A DNA stretch of 64,000 bases from Styela clava (taxonomy: Eukaryota), in the NCBI RefSeq assembly GCF_964204865.1, contig NC_135251.1, forward strand, positions 23,684,001-23,748,000, read 5' to 3'. Each line of letters begins with the position of its first letter. Position 1 is the first letter of the stretch. The notes under the pieces were generated by a model, which had not been told where the DNA came from, did not search any database, and saw only the letters and a program-made list of their open reading frames with translations. Positions 13,931 to 27,070 of the stretch are shown in pieces. A program made the translations under genes and the position numbers.

Positions 13931-14119
13931 CATTTATGGCATGCTACTTATTAACGTGAAACATATTTAAAATAGTCTATAAAAAAAACTATCTTGGTAA
14001 TTAAAAACGCCCATATTTGACTATAACTTACAGTTTTTATCGGAATAAATCAGCTAACCTTAAGGTATCAACGATTACCGTACATCCTAGCAGCCTAGTG
14101 TGTAAAAATAATGCTAAAA

Positions 14120-14313
14120 AACTCACCCACAGCTGCGCAAGCCCGCAATCACCACACTCGCTGTCCGCATCACAACAACGATACAAAGATATCAGTGATC
14201 TGATAGTGCAAATAAATGGAAGAAAGGCATTGCTGCACCACGCCGCTATCCGCGTATTGATAGCTGAGTTATACCACCAAATCGAAGGAGTCGAGACAAA
14301 ATCGTCGTATGCA
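14120..14313. promoter_or_regulatory. Putative bidirectional promoter / non-coding first exon of the large minus-strand gene
   Basis: CpG-enriched segment with a strong minus-strand donor (GG|GTGAGT near 14127) about 190 bp from the RMND1 ATG. Confidence 0.4.
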
Positions 14314-16640
14314 ATGTTGTGTCTTTTCGTTACAAACAGCAGCGCTGGGTTGCACCGAATTGTCTGGGGCGCTGGCCAATTTCATATGAAAAACAGTCTG
14401 CGATCTTTACAAAAGAATCAAGTTTCAACTCTTCGTCAAATTCACAAATGCGGCGTGCTTGCAAGCACAGAAACAACTCAGAAGAGGCAAAACAAGAAAA
14501 AGCGCAAACGAGATATAGAAAAGGCGTCGGGTGACTGTCTTTGCATCACTAACGCAACGGCGGACAAGTACAAGTAAGCAAGTCAAGTTTATTAGCGTCA
14601 TCGGCTGCTAGAATGGCCATGGCATATAAATACATAAACAAACGATACATATATATGGGCTTATTTCTCATCACACAATTTTGCCTGCTACTGTGCTATG
14701 AGAATCGTTGTCTACATGTACGCCGTGCCGAGTGCGATATAATTATATTCACCCGACAAACTCTAAGAGCGAAAACGAGAAGGTGATAAACTTCAGTCAA
14801 AAGATCACTGTGAAACATAAACTCTCTCCAAGTAATTATTTATCTCAATCCATACTTTACACAGGCGCAGTAACCCACTTTATTTACGATGTTTATCTTG
14901 CCGTTTATGATTTTTATTCACACATCTCTTTCAATGGACTGTCTAGAACAAATTTTTATCATATAACACACATTTCCTCTCTGCATATGCAGATGCCCAC
15001 TTAACAACATAGCCCAGGCTTGGCATGTGCTAGAGATGTTATCTTCATTGTGAGATTGACCTTGTATACTTGATCAATATATTTTTACAGGAACTATATA
15101 ACTTGGTAACTGGGGAAGAAGTAAACTTTCTCTCATGGTTTATCAAGACTGTTCCTGTTTATGAAATAATCATTATAGGTGCATAAAAGTTTATTTATCT
15201 CCAGAATGAAAAATTTGGTATCAGAAATACTCGGGGACAAGCGGCTTTCGGTCAAAAATATGTCAGAAGAGTTTGATGGTGCGGTAAACATAGAGGCCAG
15301 TGATGAAAGTGTGATAGCTCATGCTGGTTTTTCTGGAGAAATGTTTATATTCAGGTGATTTTACCATCCGACTTTGTCGAACTCAATACAATAATAACAG
15401 ATTTCTGTATGAGATTTTTCAACTGTTTTGCAGAGATGGGGCAATTTCATTCTGGAACATTAACACAACCATAATAGAAAATATTCTCAAGATATCCAAA
15501 ATTCATGCTCATAATTCATATTCATCAGATGTAGTCAACTCAGAGAGTGAAGAAATGATATACAGTTATGATGATGGACCATCAAGAATTCAACAAAGTT
15601 GTTACTATTTTATCGATAATTTCATCCATGTTGTCAAATACTAAAACTTTGCCTATTACAGGTAAATTCATTTTGAGTGGGAGCAGTGAACACAAAGAGC
15701 TTTCATTGGATATGTTTGCATTTTCCAATGCTTTGTGTAGTTCTGTAAAACTTGCTCACTGGGAACATACTCTGGATACATTGATCAACTCACTTGAAAC
15801 AGTCCCAAACAGTTTGATTGAAGGCAGTAGAGTGAAGTATGAAACACCAGCAAAAATTTTACGAAAAATAGGAGAAATATTCTTAATAAGGTAATTTCAC
15901 GTGTTTTTCAAATTTATCTTGAAATGAGAAAGATAATGTCCAAATTTCTTCTATTCTGATTTCTATATATGATTAAAATAGGCACAGAGTCAACCTACAA
16001 TACAACCTTCTCGATGTACCAGATACTTATTGGGATCATGAAAATCTGGAAAAGCTTTATGTGAGTACCACAAGGTATGTTGGTGCCTTGGTGCATTCCA
16101 CTACTAAAACAATTTGTTCTAGTCTTAACAATTGGCTTGTACTCTAATTCTGAATAGATGTTCTACATTCCATGCAAGACAGCGAAGTGGCACTATCCCC
16201 TGTGGTAAGCGGCGTTTCGTGGGCAATTCCAGGGATAACAATTAAGTCAATGAAACTTGTGCAACATACAAGCATTCAATTAACCACTCAAAGCCCTATT
16301 AATCCACTTATTCAGTTCATCATTGTGCATACTGCTTCAGATATCTCAACATAAACAGAAGAGTTCATCTGATGAATGAAAAACTAACATACTGTGCTCA
16401 CATGGCAGAGCTACTGAAGACAGATCTGCATGAAAAAAGATCACTACGTGTAGAAATATTGATTGTACTTCTGATTTTTATTGAGGTAAGTAACAAACAA
16501 ACTTACTTTTTCATATTAGATCAGTACCTAATATGGGAAATTGCATTTCACAGATTGTTTTTGAAGTACTTCACTTATTTGTCCTCCCACTTCTCAAAAC
16601 CAGCGAAAATGATTCTAGTGGACTGGAGGAGGATGAGTGA
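14314..16640 (+). CDS. RMND1: Required for meiotic nuclear division 1 homolog (DUF155 mitochondrial translation factor), 7 exons
   Basis: Approximate exons 14314-14573, 15205-15354, 15434-15597, 15662-15890, 15982-16074, 16342-16485, 16554-16640. They encode MFIFRDGAISFWN, FAFSNALCSSVKLAHWE, KIGEIFLIRHRVNL, DVPDTYWDHENLEKLY, RRVHLMNEKL and RSLRVEILIVLLIFIE, matching the RMND1 signature. Confidence 0.93.
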
Positions 16641-16695
16641 GATGAGTGCTGAACAGTCGATTGATCAGTTTGGCTTTTCACCATGATCCTGATGT

Positions 16696-17964
16696 TTACT
16701 CAACCTCCGGAGGAGAGGGCCCAGTTGGTAGCTCATGCGGCTTCACATATCCGAGTCGTCTGTAAGATGGCTCTTCTAGACACAAACCCTCAGCTTCAGC
16801 TGCTTCTTTGAAGAGGTTTAGGCTTTCTGATTCGATTTCATATAATTCAGGGAATCTGAAAGAAACACATGAAATGCCAGCCCTCAAGCACCGAGATGCT
16901 ATCACTCTTCCAAGGTTAGCTGCTGCAGAAACATCTGTAGTACAGTGTAACCGCTTTCTAATGTACCTGTGAAATGCATATTATGGTAAAATTCATTTCC
17001 AACATATTATAAAAGGAATAAAATTGAATATTAATAGATTTACTTTTCTCTTGTTGATGCATCAATAACAATGCGTCCAGTATGGTGTTCAACTTCGGCA
17101 TACATGTGCCAAGATGAATGTCTCAGAATAAGTCTGAATAGAAAAATGATTTTAAATTAAAATATGGTTTGGATTTTCACTTATGTAAGGAGCAACAATG
17201 GTGTATGCTTGCTGCCAGAACAATCTGAAATGAATGCATTTTAAAAATGTTGAGTTGTGCTTTGCCATTTATACGACGTACATTCAAAATAAATGTACTT
17301 TTACCTGTGATAATAGTTTCTTCTAGGAAAATTGCTTGATAATATTTTGGCATATCCTCCCCATTCCATTCCCCAACCATAATCCTTAATAGTGTAACAC
17401 AGTCTTTCTAAATTTCTTGGATTCCGGTTGACAAAGTTTTCCATTGGTTTAATTGCATCATTTCCTTTTTCAATGCTCTCATTATCATGATCATTTGAAT
17501 ATTGAAAACACTGTGCTGTTAAAAGTAATATTATTTTTCATATGAACTCTAAATTCTGTTGCCAGGAACAAAGTATTCAACAGTATCTTTAATAGCAGGC
17601 AATCGGCGAATAAAAGAACTTTTCTTAAGCAAAAATAATTAGGATAGTCACATAAATCATTGCATGTTTCATGTAAAGTAATAACAGAATAAAGAGGTTA
17701 CTGGTAAATTACATTTAGGATCAACCATTGAAATTCATTTCAATACGTGAGAATTGAAACTGTAGGCTAAGTGGCAGAACTGCAACAATACATCAGAATT
17801 TTTAGACTTACTGTGGTAGCTATATTGTTGTAAAAAGGCAAAACTCTGTTTCATTACGGCATTTTACAATTATGAATTAGAAACTTACCTTTTAATTGGT
17901 TCCACTGAGTGGTGACAAATAACCGTTCATTCAATCTTTTACATGAGCGCACCAAGCTCAACAT
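16696..17964 (-). CDS. MRPL18: Mitochondrial ribosomal protein uL18m, 4 exons
   Basis: Approximate exons 17964-17889, 17515-17305, 17133-17044, 16966-16696. They encode FVNRNPRNLERL, YYHRL, AEVEHHTGRIVIDASTRE and TDVSAAANLGRVIASRCLRAGI. Confidence 0.93.
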
Positions 17965-18240
17965 TCTCACGATCAGACAATGACAAAACCTTACCAGAAT
18001 CTGTTTCCCATGAGACAAGACTATGGCCCACACCAAGTTTTAAATATGATATGATAGTCAATTTGATAACTTTAAATTCAAAACACAATTGCATCATGTA
18101 CAATATTCAGAATTAGGATTAGGCATAAGCTACAGTGAGAAGTTAGAACCCACTCAACATAGCTGCATAGACTACCCAGTACCCAAACATTTCAGATGGT
18201 TTCCATTAAAATCATAAGAAGCCTACTGTAATGAGGAATA

Positions 18241-19049
18241 TTAGGATGGGAATTACATATTTATCCTGGGGGAGAGGAAAGCTGATAAGACAACTTAATC
18301 AGTAAGTGAGTAATATTTATTCATCACCTTGTAAAATTTGAAAACACATTTTTACAAACAGAAAAAAAGCATCATTCACAGGTGAGAGGAGTCGCAGAAA
18401 ACCCTAAGAGGTTATCTAGCTGTAACATTCTATGGAGTATTACTGTTATTAAAAGATGAACAATAAAGAAACTACATTAGGCAATTGTTTATAGTGGGCA
18501 TTATTTTAATATTTCGAATGTTGCAAGGTTGTTTATTACTATACAAGGGCAAGTTAATCAAGATTTTGGGCAAAATAAGAACTAAAGTTCTAAATTATAG
18601 ATCATGGACACTAAATCAAAAATCAGTATAACACCAGAACACACTAATACTGCAAGCAATAATGTAATAAATATACAACTTAAATATATAAGGAATAACA
18701 CATGGTCTTTTTTTCTATTCTATTCATAACCACTCGAGAGATGAATTTTCAATTGTTCACTGAATGTTGCGAGTAAAAAATGGCGCACCATGGCCTCTCG
18801 TCCAGTTGTCAGTCTGAGTCGGGTATAGGATTAGTTAGGCAGTTACGGTACTTTTTGGAAGCATGGACTTGATGGTGGAGAGAGCCGTAACCGAACAGCG
18901 GCCACATGAACCGCCCTACAGCGACGAGAGTCCAGCAATCCCTGAATCCTCTCGCACATACCTAACTCCGCATGGGATGCGAACCCACGCTTGGTAATCA
19001 GAGGTGCAGTGGCAAGCGTATTCCTAACGCTTAGCATAATCCGCCGGAT
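18241..19049 (-). mobile_element. tRNA-derived SINE split into two collinear pieces (19049-18781 and 18300-18241)
   Basis: Both pieces align to the full copy at 24669. The 5' piece ends at ...GAGAGGCCATGGTGCGCCA and the 3' piece resumes at GATTAAGTTGTCTTATCAGC through the tail. Confidence 0.8.
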
Positions 19050-19092
19050 CGCAAATTCAGAAATTAATTCAACACAGGGTAAATGAACACAG

Positions 19093-19177
19093 GATTATAA
19101 ATCAGGAGAGTAATAGTAAACGTTTTAAACCTTACCCCTGTACCCAAGGTTTTGTTTACTCTCCTGATTTCATAATC
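19093..19177. repeat. Short inverted repeat / tiny MITE-like hairpin
   Basis: GATTATAAATCAGGAGAGTAA ... TTACTCTCCTGATTTCATAATC, about 21-bp arms with one indel. Confidence 0.6.
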
Positions 19178-19877
19178 AGTTTTTATTTATTTGTTTTTAT
19201 CGACCGTTTTATCGCCTTTCTGCAGTTCTGCTGAATATGGAGTCGAAATAAACTTATCTTATGTAAATACTATCCTATCTTAGAAAAATATCAGAAAATG
19301 TAGGATGGGATATATTTATTTATATGTAGTTAGCAAATGCAAATCCGAAACAAATTTCCCTGGTACAGTGGTACAATTACAACCTGTGGGATCTCTGTAT
19401 GAGCCCAAAGAAAATGCTTTATATACGGTACCAATACTTCGTTAGAATGTCTTCTTTTATCACAATAGATCAAAGTATCGCAATTTCAATAACTATCACC
19501 CAGATCAGCATTAAACTATGCAGAAATAGAAGGGGGTTTCCGCCCCAGCAAGGAGCTGTTTGGATTCTGTGACAGTGACAGGTGCGCCTCCGATGGCGCT
19601 TGGGAAGTGATTTTTAACGAGTGTTCTGCCGTAAATATATGGTTATGGGAAAAAATGTTCTTTCCCAATTTATTCTGATTGACATATTCATGATGATAAA
19701 TTACACACATGTCAATCAAAATTTCCCAAATACGTTTTCGGTTAAGATGACTTTGTTGTTCGATAATAATACTCCAGTCTGAAATCACTGAATCTTGTTC
19801 TAGGATTTTATGACATCATAACAGGATCTTACGGTAGTTAGCCAATTAGGACATAACGATCGTTTCAATATTATGTT

Positions 19878-20040
19878 GGTCTTGTTGTTGTTGTTGTTCT
19901 TTGACACTTTTTGGACATCTAGTGGAAAATCTAAAAAACCGCTTTTCTCTTTCATTACTGGACCGATTGCTTCGAAATTTTTACTGGTTAAAGATGAAAT
20001 TTTTCTCCAGAAGGCTATTACTTTTATTTATTTCGAATAT
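19878..20040 (+). repeat. Interspersed repeat fragment, related copy at ~27700-27880
   Basis: Both copies start with (TTG)n and share ACTGGAC...GAAGGCTATTACTT(T/C)TATTTATT. Confidence 0.55.
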
Positions 20041-21522
20041 TTCTGTTAGCTCTGTGAGATTTGTTTTTGTTTGCTATGACGTCACCGAACGTTCTGCGGA
20101 CGCATAGCCGACATTCCCCTTATTTTTGATCACGTGCCATCGAACGTCGATGGTTCGTAACGAAGTCCTTACGGTACTTTGCTACGATTTTTTCCTTACG
20201 CTGATCAATGACATTAAACAACATGATAGGCAACTCTGACGTCACTCCATAAGACTACAGGCGAAAGATTGTATTTCATGATACGCTCCAATGCACATAT
20301 CTCTCGTCGCCTTTCGCGACCGTTTTCCGCTCGCTTTTGCTGCTCGGCGTCTTTTTTCCGTGTAGTACCTGCCTTTTTGCGCCTGTAACGAAAGAAAATA
20401 GTCTTTATATCTAAGAAGGTTTGCTCACTTAGAAAGCTGGAATGGCAGACAAGTTGTAAAGAGCAATTCTGGACATCATAGACGATTTTTTTTATCAGAG
20501 AAGATTAGAAACGCGATAGCGGAAGGATTTGAGTGGAACATTTTGCAGATATTGACAAAATTCAAAGTTAGTAATTTTAATGTTTGCGCTTAAACATTGA
20601 AATTTCATTCAATGAGGGTGTCATACAAAACAGCAAAAATGTTTTTACTTCTCTTAACGGTTCTGTGATACAATTCCATAACACAAAGTTTGCCCCTATC
20701 GAACTTGCTTTTGTAGGTGAATTTATTAGACATATTACATATTCAGTTAATCGTAGGTAACATTGCTGGTACATAATGCATCGTAGATAGGTTTGTTTAA
20801 ATTTAGGAATTTAGCTCATAGCCCACTAATTAATATTATCTTCTATGCAGGAGGTTGCAGGGCTGAATTCAACTTGCAGCATTACCGATCACCTGACGAT
20901 GCTCATTTAGTTTGGCTCGAGCAAGTCTTCTTAAAATGCTTGTGTGGATGGAAACTATCTATATGTTTTGTCTTCCTCCGATTTTAGACAAATTTATTCT
21001 GAGGGATTTCGCATATAATTCTCATTGATTGTTGGCTGTTTATAATTCCTATTAATTGTGAATTCTGATTATAACAAAGAGTTAAAAATTGTTTTTACCT
21101 AATTTACTGGCACCTTTTTCTTGTCCATACTCCAAGCAGAGGTAATAAACAAGACAATACATTTATGACATCTTGAAGCAAAATATGCACACTAATTGAT
21201 AGTTTGACACATTGAGATAATACATCATGACAGAAAATACAAGTTAAAGATATGTATGACCATCACATGGTAATTAGAATTGAAAAATTAAGAGGGGCTG
21301 TGGAGTATGAAAAGTTCAAGACAAAGAAAAGAACAAATGTTCATAGCTCATAAACTCTCAATTTTGCCTCCATTGCTTTGTGAAGCCCAATATATTTCGA
21401 GTGGCTGAATTGGTTTACCTTTATGATAGTAACGATTTTGTATTTAATATAGCGAGATTTTTTTCAATTTTATTGAAGTGATAATATTTCGCAAAGCAAT
21501 GCTTGAATCTTTTAGAACAGAT

Positions 21523-22709
21523 CAGTCGTGTCAAACTCACGGGTTTTCGAGAGCCGCATTGCATTTTGAAAATTGTAAAAAGGGCCGCAAACAGTTTTTG
21601 ATAATGTATACTTGAAAGATATTTCTAAGATAGTTTTAGTTTGTGACATATATTGTGATGCAACTAAACAGTTGGATTAAGTTTTATTATTTTCTTCAAT
21701 TTCAAATGCAATTACATATTAATATTTGCATTCCACTATTATTGCAACATTTGCAAGTTACTGTATTCATTATAAAAAATCATAAAATTCTATGTACAAC
21801 CATCAAAATCATTTTTGAACAAGCTTTGGATAAGGAAAGAATAATACATACACTAAAAATGGTTTAATCTAAATATATGAACCTAATATTAACTAAAATA
21901 CTACAGTATAAACTTAATGTTTTTTAATTACATTTGTCCTGACGTTTGGCATCATTTTTTGTGTCACCAGCATACTCAGGCCAGACTGAAATGATTTTAT
22001 AGTACCAACTCTAACTAACGAGGTCACATTATCATGGGTTAATCTGGATCTTTGCGAATATTTAATTAATTCCAGTAATGCAAAAAAGTTACTTTTATCA
22101 TTTCATATATAGATCAGTAAAAAAACAAATGACAGATTTTTTCAAAAAGCCATTTTGCACCACGTTGCGTGGCATGGGATTGCTTGAATTACTATTGATA
22201 TTGATTTTTAGTAACTAAGTCGTTGTATAATTATATTAATATACAAACACATGGAAATTTTTTGTTCAAAGTTGGTCTTCGAATTTGTCATATTGACTGC
22301 TAAGCTTATTGTGTTTTTTCATTGTATTGATGGAAATATGACAAATTAAACAATGTGCTTCAGAATTTTGTGAAATGCAGAAATATTGCAACTCCCATTT
22401 TCTTCGAAAATGCCACCTTCTTCATGTACTTTGCGTTTAATTTAATCACTCAAGTGTTTTATTCAAGTATTCTTTTGCTAGCTTGATGTGTATTTTTAAT
22501 TAGGTCAAAATAAGGACGAAAAAAAATTAATATTTCGAAACTACTTTCAGTAAATTGTTTTCTGTATGAATAATCAATTTCACTTTAAAAGGTTTGAAAA
22601 ATCTATTACATTTAGAAAAAAAAAAATTTCCAAAATACTATTACAATTATTGTTAAGCGTTCGAGGGCCGCACTGGAAGTTCTCTGGGGCCGCGAGTTTG
22701 ACATCCCTG
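21523..22709 (-). mobile_element. hAT (Charlie/SPIN-like) deletion derivative with C-terminal transposase remnant
   Basis: TIRs CAGTCGTGTCAAACTC / GAGTTTGACATCCCTG, subterminal GGCCGCA motifs, and a right flank GTCTAGAA (Charlie-type target). Minus-strand remnant RSRLTHDNVTSLVRVGT at ~22050-22000 resembles the hAT dimerisation region. Confidence 0.85.
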
Positions 22710-22844
22710 GTCTAGAATGAAGTTGTCCAAAATATATATAACAGTATTTTATCATGAATGATGATTATACCCCTTCCGGAATTTCTTCTATAGTACTACC
22801 AAAAGTTGATGAACCAAATACAATACAAGTGCAGTGAGTTACCC

Positions 22845-23298
22845 GTAATCCTCATTTTGCAAAGCTGTTTTAAGTATGTCTGGCGTGTTTTGTGCATTTT
22901 TACAAATAAGACCGCTTATGCAATCTCACGCTTTGGAATTTTTAGTTATTTTCCTCAAGCCCTGCAGGATGTGGGGACCATACACAACTCTACCCAAGGG
23001 TCAAATGTCTTTGCATTCCTCCATAGGTTGTTTTTCTATTGCAAACATTTATGGAGTACTCTAATTATATTTCTTGGAATCACACTGTCACTGATATGTC
23101 GCCAGACTTCTGATATCTCCCCTTCTGCTATAATTGTCCTGTGACTAAATAATAGGAAATTGAGATTAGACGAATAGTTGAAAGTTTTGCTTTATGTCGG
23201 CTTAATTTCTTGATTGATATACTTACTATTTTTGCTATTGCCTCTTGTGCTGCAGGGGTCTCACAATGCTTAGACAGGTTTGTCCACAACTTTCACAT
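22845..23298 (-). pseudogene. Two-exon decayed coding remnant, possibly death-domain-like
   Basis: Canonical splice sites (CAG|...|GTAAGT; TAG|...|GTAACT). Broken peptide HRTIIAEGEISEVWRHISDSVIPRNIIRVLHKC.../...NAQNTPDILKTALQNEDYG, with stops and a frameshift. Confidence 0.3.
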
Positions 23299-24668
23299 CT
23301 GATGAAAGAGAGGAGATTTATTAATTTTCGCGTTAATAAAGCAGTCTATATGATTTAGAATGGAAAAGCTAATAAATCCAATATCTCATGTTTTATGAAA
23401 AAATGTTTTACTGAATTTGGTATATAAACCAACTAATAAAAGGGTTTAGTCAAAAAATTACAAGCATTCGTGGCTCCAAATACTTGAGAGATCAGACTAT
23501 ACAATATAGACCGGTATGAGTGAAATGTTAGGTGAACTTTTTAACACTTTGATGCAATACGCAAATAAAAGTGAATGCGCAATAGTATGTTACAATGAGC
23601 AGCAATCAGCAATGACTATATATCCTCACTGATTAAAAAAATCTAAATGGAGGTGCATGAACTATTTGAAACCATAAGGGGTAAGTAAATATGCAATTTC
23701 GGCAAATGGGCAACTACGTACCGTACTGAATTAATAACTTCGTAGTATTTGACAAAGGCTGTCTTTCCCACATGTACTTAACAGGGCGATGCCCGGGTGT
23801 TATATACAACAATAGTATTTACCTTACCCTTTTACCTCAACTTTCCAAAATATCATTGAAAAAGAAAGCAGGCACGAACACCATTCATGCTATGCCTTGA
23901 AAGCAGCACACATTCGCTCGTTTTCGTCTCGTCAAGTATGTGCATTGGAGCGTGCTATCGGATACGATCTTCGGCCAAAAATGACGTAGTTGCGCATCAT
24001 GTTGTTTAATGTCATTGCGCTGATCAACGACTAACATACGCGCAGATCGACGGTACGGTAAACCGTACTGTACTGCGAACAGACGTGTCCATATATTTGG
24101 GCGTAGCTCTCTTGTTTCCGTAACAATGAACAAATTGCTAGAATCAAGCATATTTGAAAAGGAAAATAAAAGCTAAAAAACGAAAGAAACTGAGAACCAT
24201 CGAAGATGAACTGCATAATTACCTTTCCCTAATCCCTGAATAAGTGGAGGGCTTGTTCTCATCGCCACAAGATTATTATTATATCTATTAAAATGAAACC
24301 CATAATTCCCACGGATATCTCAGCGTTTTCTTATATGACTTTGATAAACTTTTATTTGTACTTAGCACTTCGGAGGCTCGATTTAGCTATTTTTAGGTCT
24401 TATTGGGGTCGACAAGTCATATTCTTTTTGATATTTCCTTATCTAGTTCAAAACTGATCGGGTCGATTATTTGTATCTTTTACCCGAAAAATCTAAAACT
24501 TTTATTTTGTGTCCCGCAAATGTATTGTGATATAAAAAATGTACCGCGGATTGAAAAAGGCTGCATCCTGCTAGGGTTCGTATTCCCTTTTCTGTCTTTT
24601 TGTAATTTGGGCAAGGGCCTCGATGGCCTGGAAAGTTCTTGCATACTGACCTACTCAATTCAATGTTC

Positions 24669-25018
24669 GGCGGCTCGGCGGTGTGGCTCAACGGGCTAAG
24701 CGTTAGGAATACGCTCGCCACCGCACCTCTAATTACTCTGCGTGGGTTCGCAGGTTCGAATCCCATGCAGGGATGGTTATATGCGAGAGGATTGCTGGAC
24801 TCCTCGCCGTCGTTGGGTGGTTCACGTAACCGCTGGTCGGTTACGGCTTCCTCCACCACCAAGTCCATGCTTCCGAAAACAAACAATACAGTAAAACTAA
24901 TCCAATACCCGACTTGGAATGATAACCGGACGAGAGGCCGTGGTTCGCCATATGGATAAGCCGTCTTATCGGCTTTCTTCTCCCCCGGGATAAATATGTA
25001 AATCCCTATCCCTATCCT
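24669..25018 (+). mobile_element. Full-length tRNA-derived SINE (~350 bp)
   Basis: A box TGGCTCAACGGG, B box GGTTCGAATCCC, (ATCCT/ATCCCT)n tail and flanking ATGTTC direct repeat. Homologous copies occur elsewhere in the window. Confidence 0.92.
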
Positions 25019-25121
25019 ATGTTCAAATTGTTCACTGCGCTGTATCTCTATAAAAACCTGCAATACAGTATTTAACATTGTTTTGTGGAAATAAATCTCT
25101 CTCCCCAATTCTATTCCATGC

Positions 25122-25650
25122 TTATTACTTATCGATTTTAATCGTTACTTATCGATTTTAATCGGTAAGTATGTTGATAGGTATTTGTCTGTCTGTTAGT
25201 CTGTCTGTATGTCTGTTAGATGCACGCGATATCTCACGAAGGCGTGGTTGAATCTGCTCCAAATTTTGCATGTGCATTCATCATATCTCGGACCAGAAGC
25301 CTATTGATTTTGGATGAATTATGTCGTATAGTTAGCGAGTAATTAATTAATTAGTGGTGAAGAGATCTGGATTTTTACAAAGCGAGAGATTTTTGAGACG
25401 CGCTGGATGTGTGTGTCAGTGTGTGCGTGTCCGATGCGCAAGTTTTCGCGCTAGTGAGTCAGAGCGAAGGATACACACCGCTAGATCGTATCTCGTGGTT
25501 AATCTTTAAGCATTGTCCATATCTCTCTTGTAACTTTGACGTCGCCGCGATGCGCAAGTTTCCTTCGAGAAATTTTCCACGCTATTGAGTCAGAGCGAAG
25601 GATACACGCCGCGAGATCGTATCTCGTTACTTATAATTACTCTTTAAAGT
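25122..25650 (+). mobile_element. Helentron-associated / DINE-1-like non-autonomous element, copy 1
   Basis: Starts TTATTAC...TCGGTAAGTATG, then a (GTCT)n microsatellite and CGCGATATCTCACG core. About 230 bp is shared with the copy at 28869. It has an internal ~117-bp-spaced duplication. Confidence 0.7.
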
Positions 25651-25674
25651 TCAAGCAATGCCCACATCCCTCTA

Positions 25675-25804
25675 CAGGGTTGCCAGACCCCAGCGATCAA
25701 AAAAAGCCAAATCAAGACATAAAAAAAGCCAGAAAAAGCCAACCATTTTACTAAGTACAAAAGCCCAATGATTTGTTGGATTTTAAGCCCTTGGCAACGT
25801 ACTG
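25675..25804. mobile_element. Small hAT-like MITE
   Basis: Termini CAGGGTTGCCA ... TGGCAACGTACTG with internal AAAAGCCA repeats. No clear TSD. Confidence 0.5.
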
Positions 25805-27070
25805 ATGATGATGATGTAGAGCCATCAGTTCATTCAGTAAGGCACACAAATCGAAAGTAAAGTTCCAATAGAACTATAGAAAGTAAAATAAATATCAAGC
25901 GGACAGCATTATTTCCACCATTCAATATATACAATACAGGGTGCCGCTTCAGTCTGTCAGTATGTAATATACCTACATGTTCTCCCTATATCGTACTTTG
26001 CTATTGAATATAATTTTACTTTTAAAATTTATAAGCCATCAATTTTATTAAAAAATTATCTAACCTCCTGCCGCTCACAGGTGGACCACTGATATCTAAT
26101 TCAGTAGTTTCAACGTAGTTACTGCATATGCAGAATTAGACTAAAGCTCACATAAACCATATCAGGCATAATGAAAATTAAGTTATACAACTATTTTTTT
26201 GGAAACGAATGAAATGCTAGTCATCATTTTCGGACATATCCATTTGACTTTGCTTTCTCTGATTGCATAGAATTACCAGTAATCAGAGGAAAAAATTAAT
26301 GAGGTAGTGTCCCTTTCTTCGGTGACCTATCGCTTAATACACTACCGTATTTTTGTATGGTTTAAGTGAGTTTTGGTATTTCAGCACTTGATCCGACTCG
26401 ACTTAAAAAAAACTTATTGGAAATTCCAGCTACAACAGAAAAAATTCAGACCGACCGACAATTACGTTGAGGTGACGTAAAATAATGTATCAATTGGTTA
26501 ATTTACAAAATTGCACTACATTAATAATCATAACAAATGTAATGCAGGAAACATATTTGCTTCAAAATTACACCCGGAGCATCAATTCCAGTAGGACAAA
26601 ATATATACGACACCGTGATTTGTTCTGGGGCTCTTGGAGCAAATCATTTGGAGGAAGGATGTATTGTTGTAAGATTGTAAAATATATTTTATATGACTGT
26701 AATATAAATATTCTACTTTAGTCGGTTATAATTGGATTATGATTTGAATGAATGCTCTGCCGGCGACAACATCGTTTGGTAGATGAAAACACTTTGGATT
26801 TAACACATTAAAACAATTTTCAGGTATTTGGTTTTGGAGTTTGGAGGAGTTTGGTTAAATCGCCAGTCACCTATTGTTACTGTTTCACTTTTTCTTTTTT
26901 CGATCACATGTCGTGAATCTCCTTGAAAAAAATGAGATGAGAAATGAAATTTACGCAGAAGTAGTTTTTTTTTCAATGAAAAATAGATTTTAGTGTCGTT
27001 TTAAATCTTCGAATGCCCAAAAGCAGCACGATCCGTGATATACCTATTTTTTGTTTATGATATATTTTAG

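Noticed and set aside
20440-20910. Exon-like pieces downstream of a CpG-rich segment
   Set aside because: The frames contain stops and no coherent product could be assembled. It may be non-coding or decayed.
24669-24770. tRNA gene
   Set aside because: A and B boxes are present, but there is no evident cloverleaf and it continues into a repeated SINE body and tail.
24467-25108. 213-aa minus ORF and overlapping plus ORFs
   Set aside because: Chance frames through the SINE.
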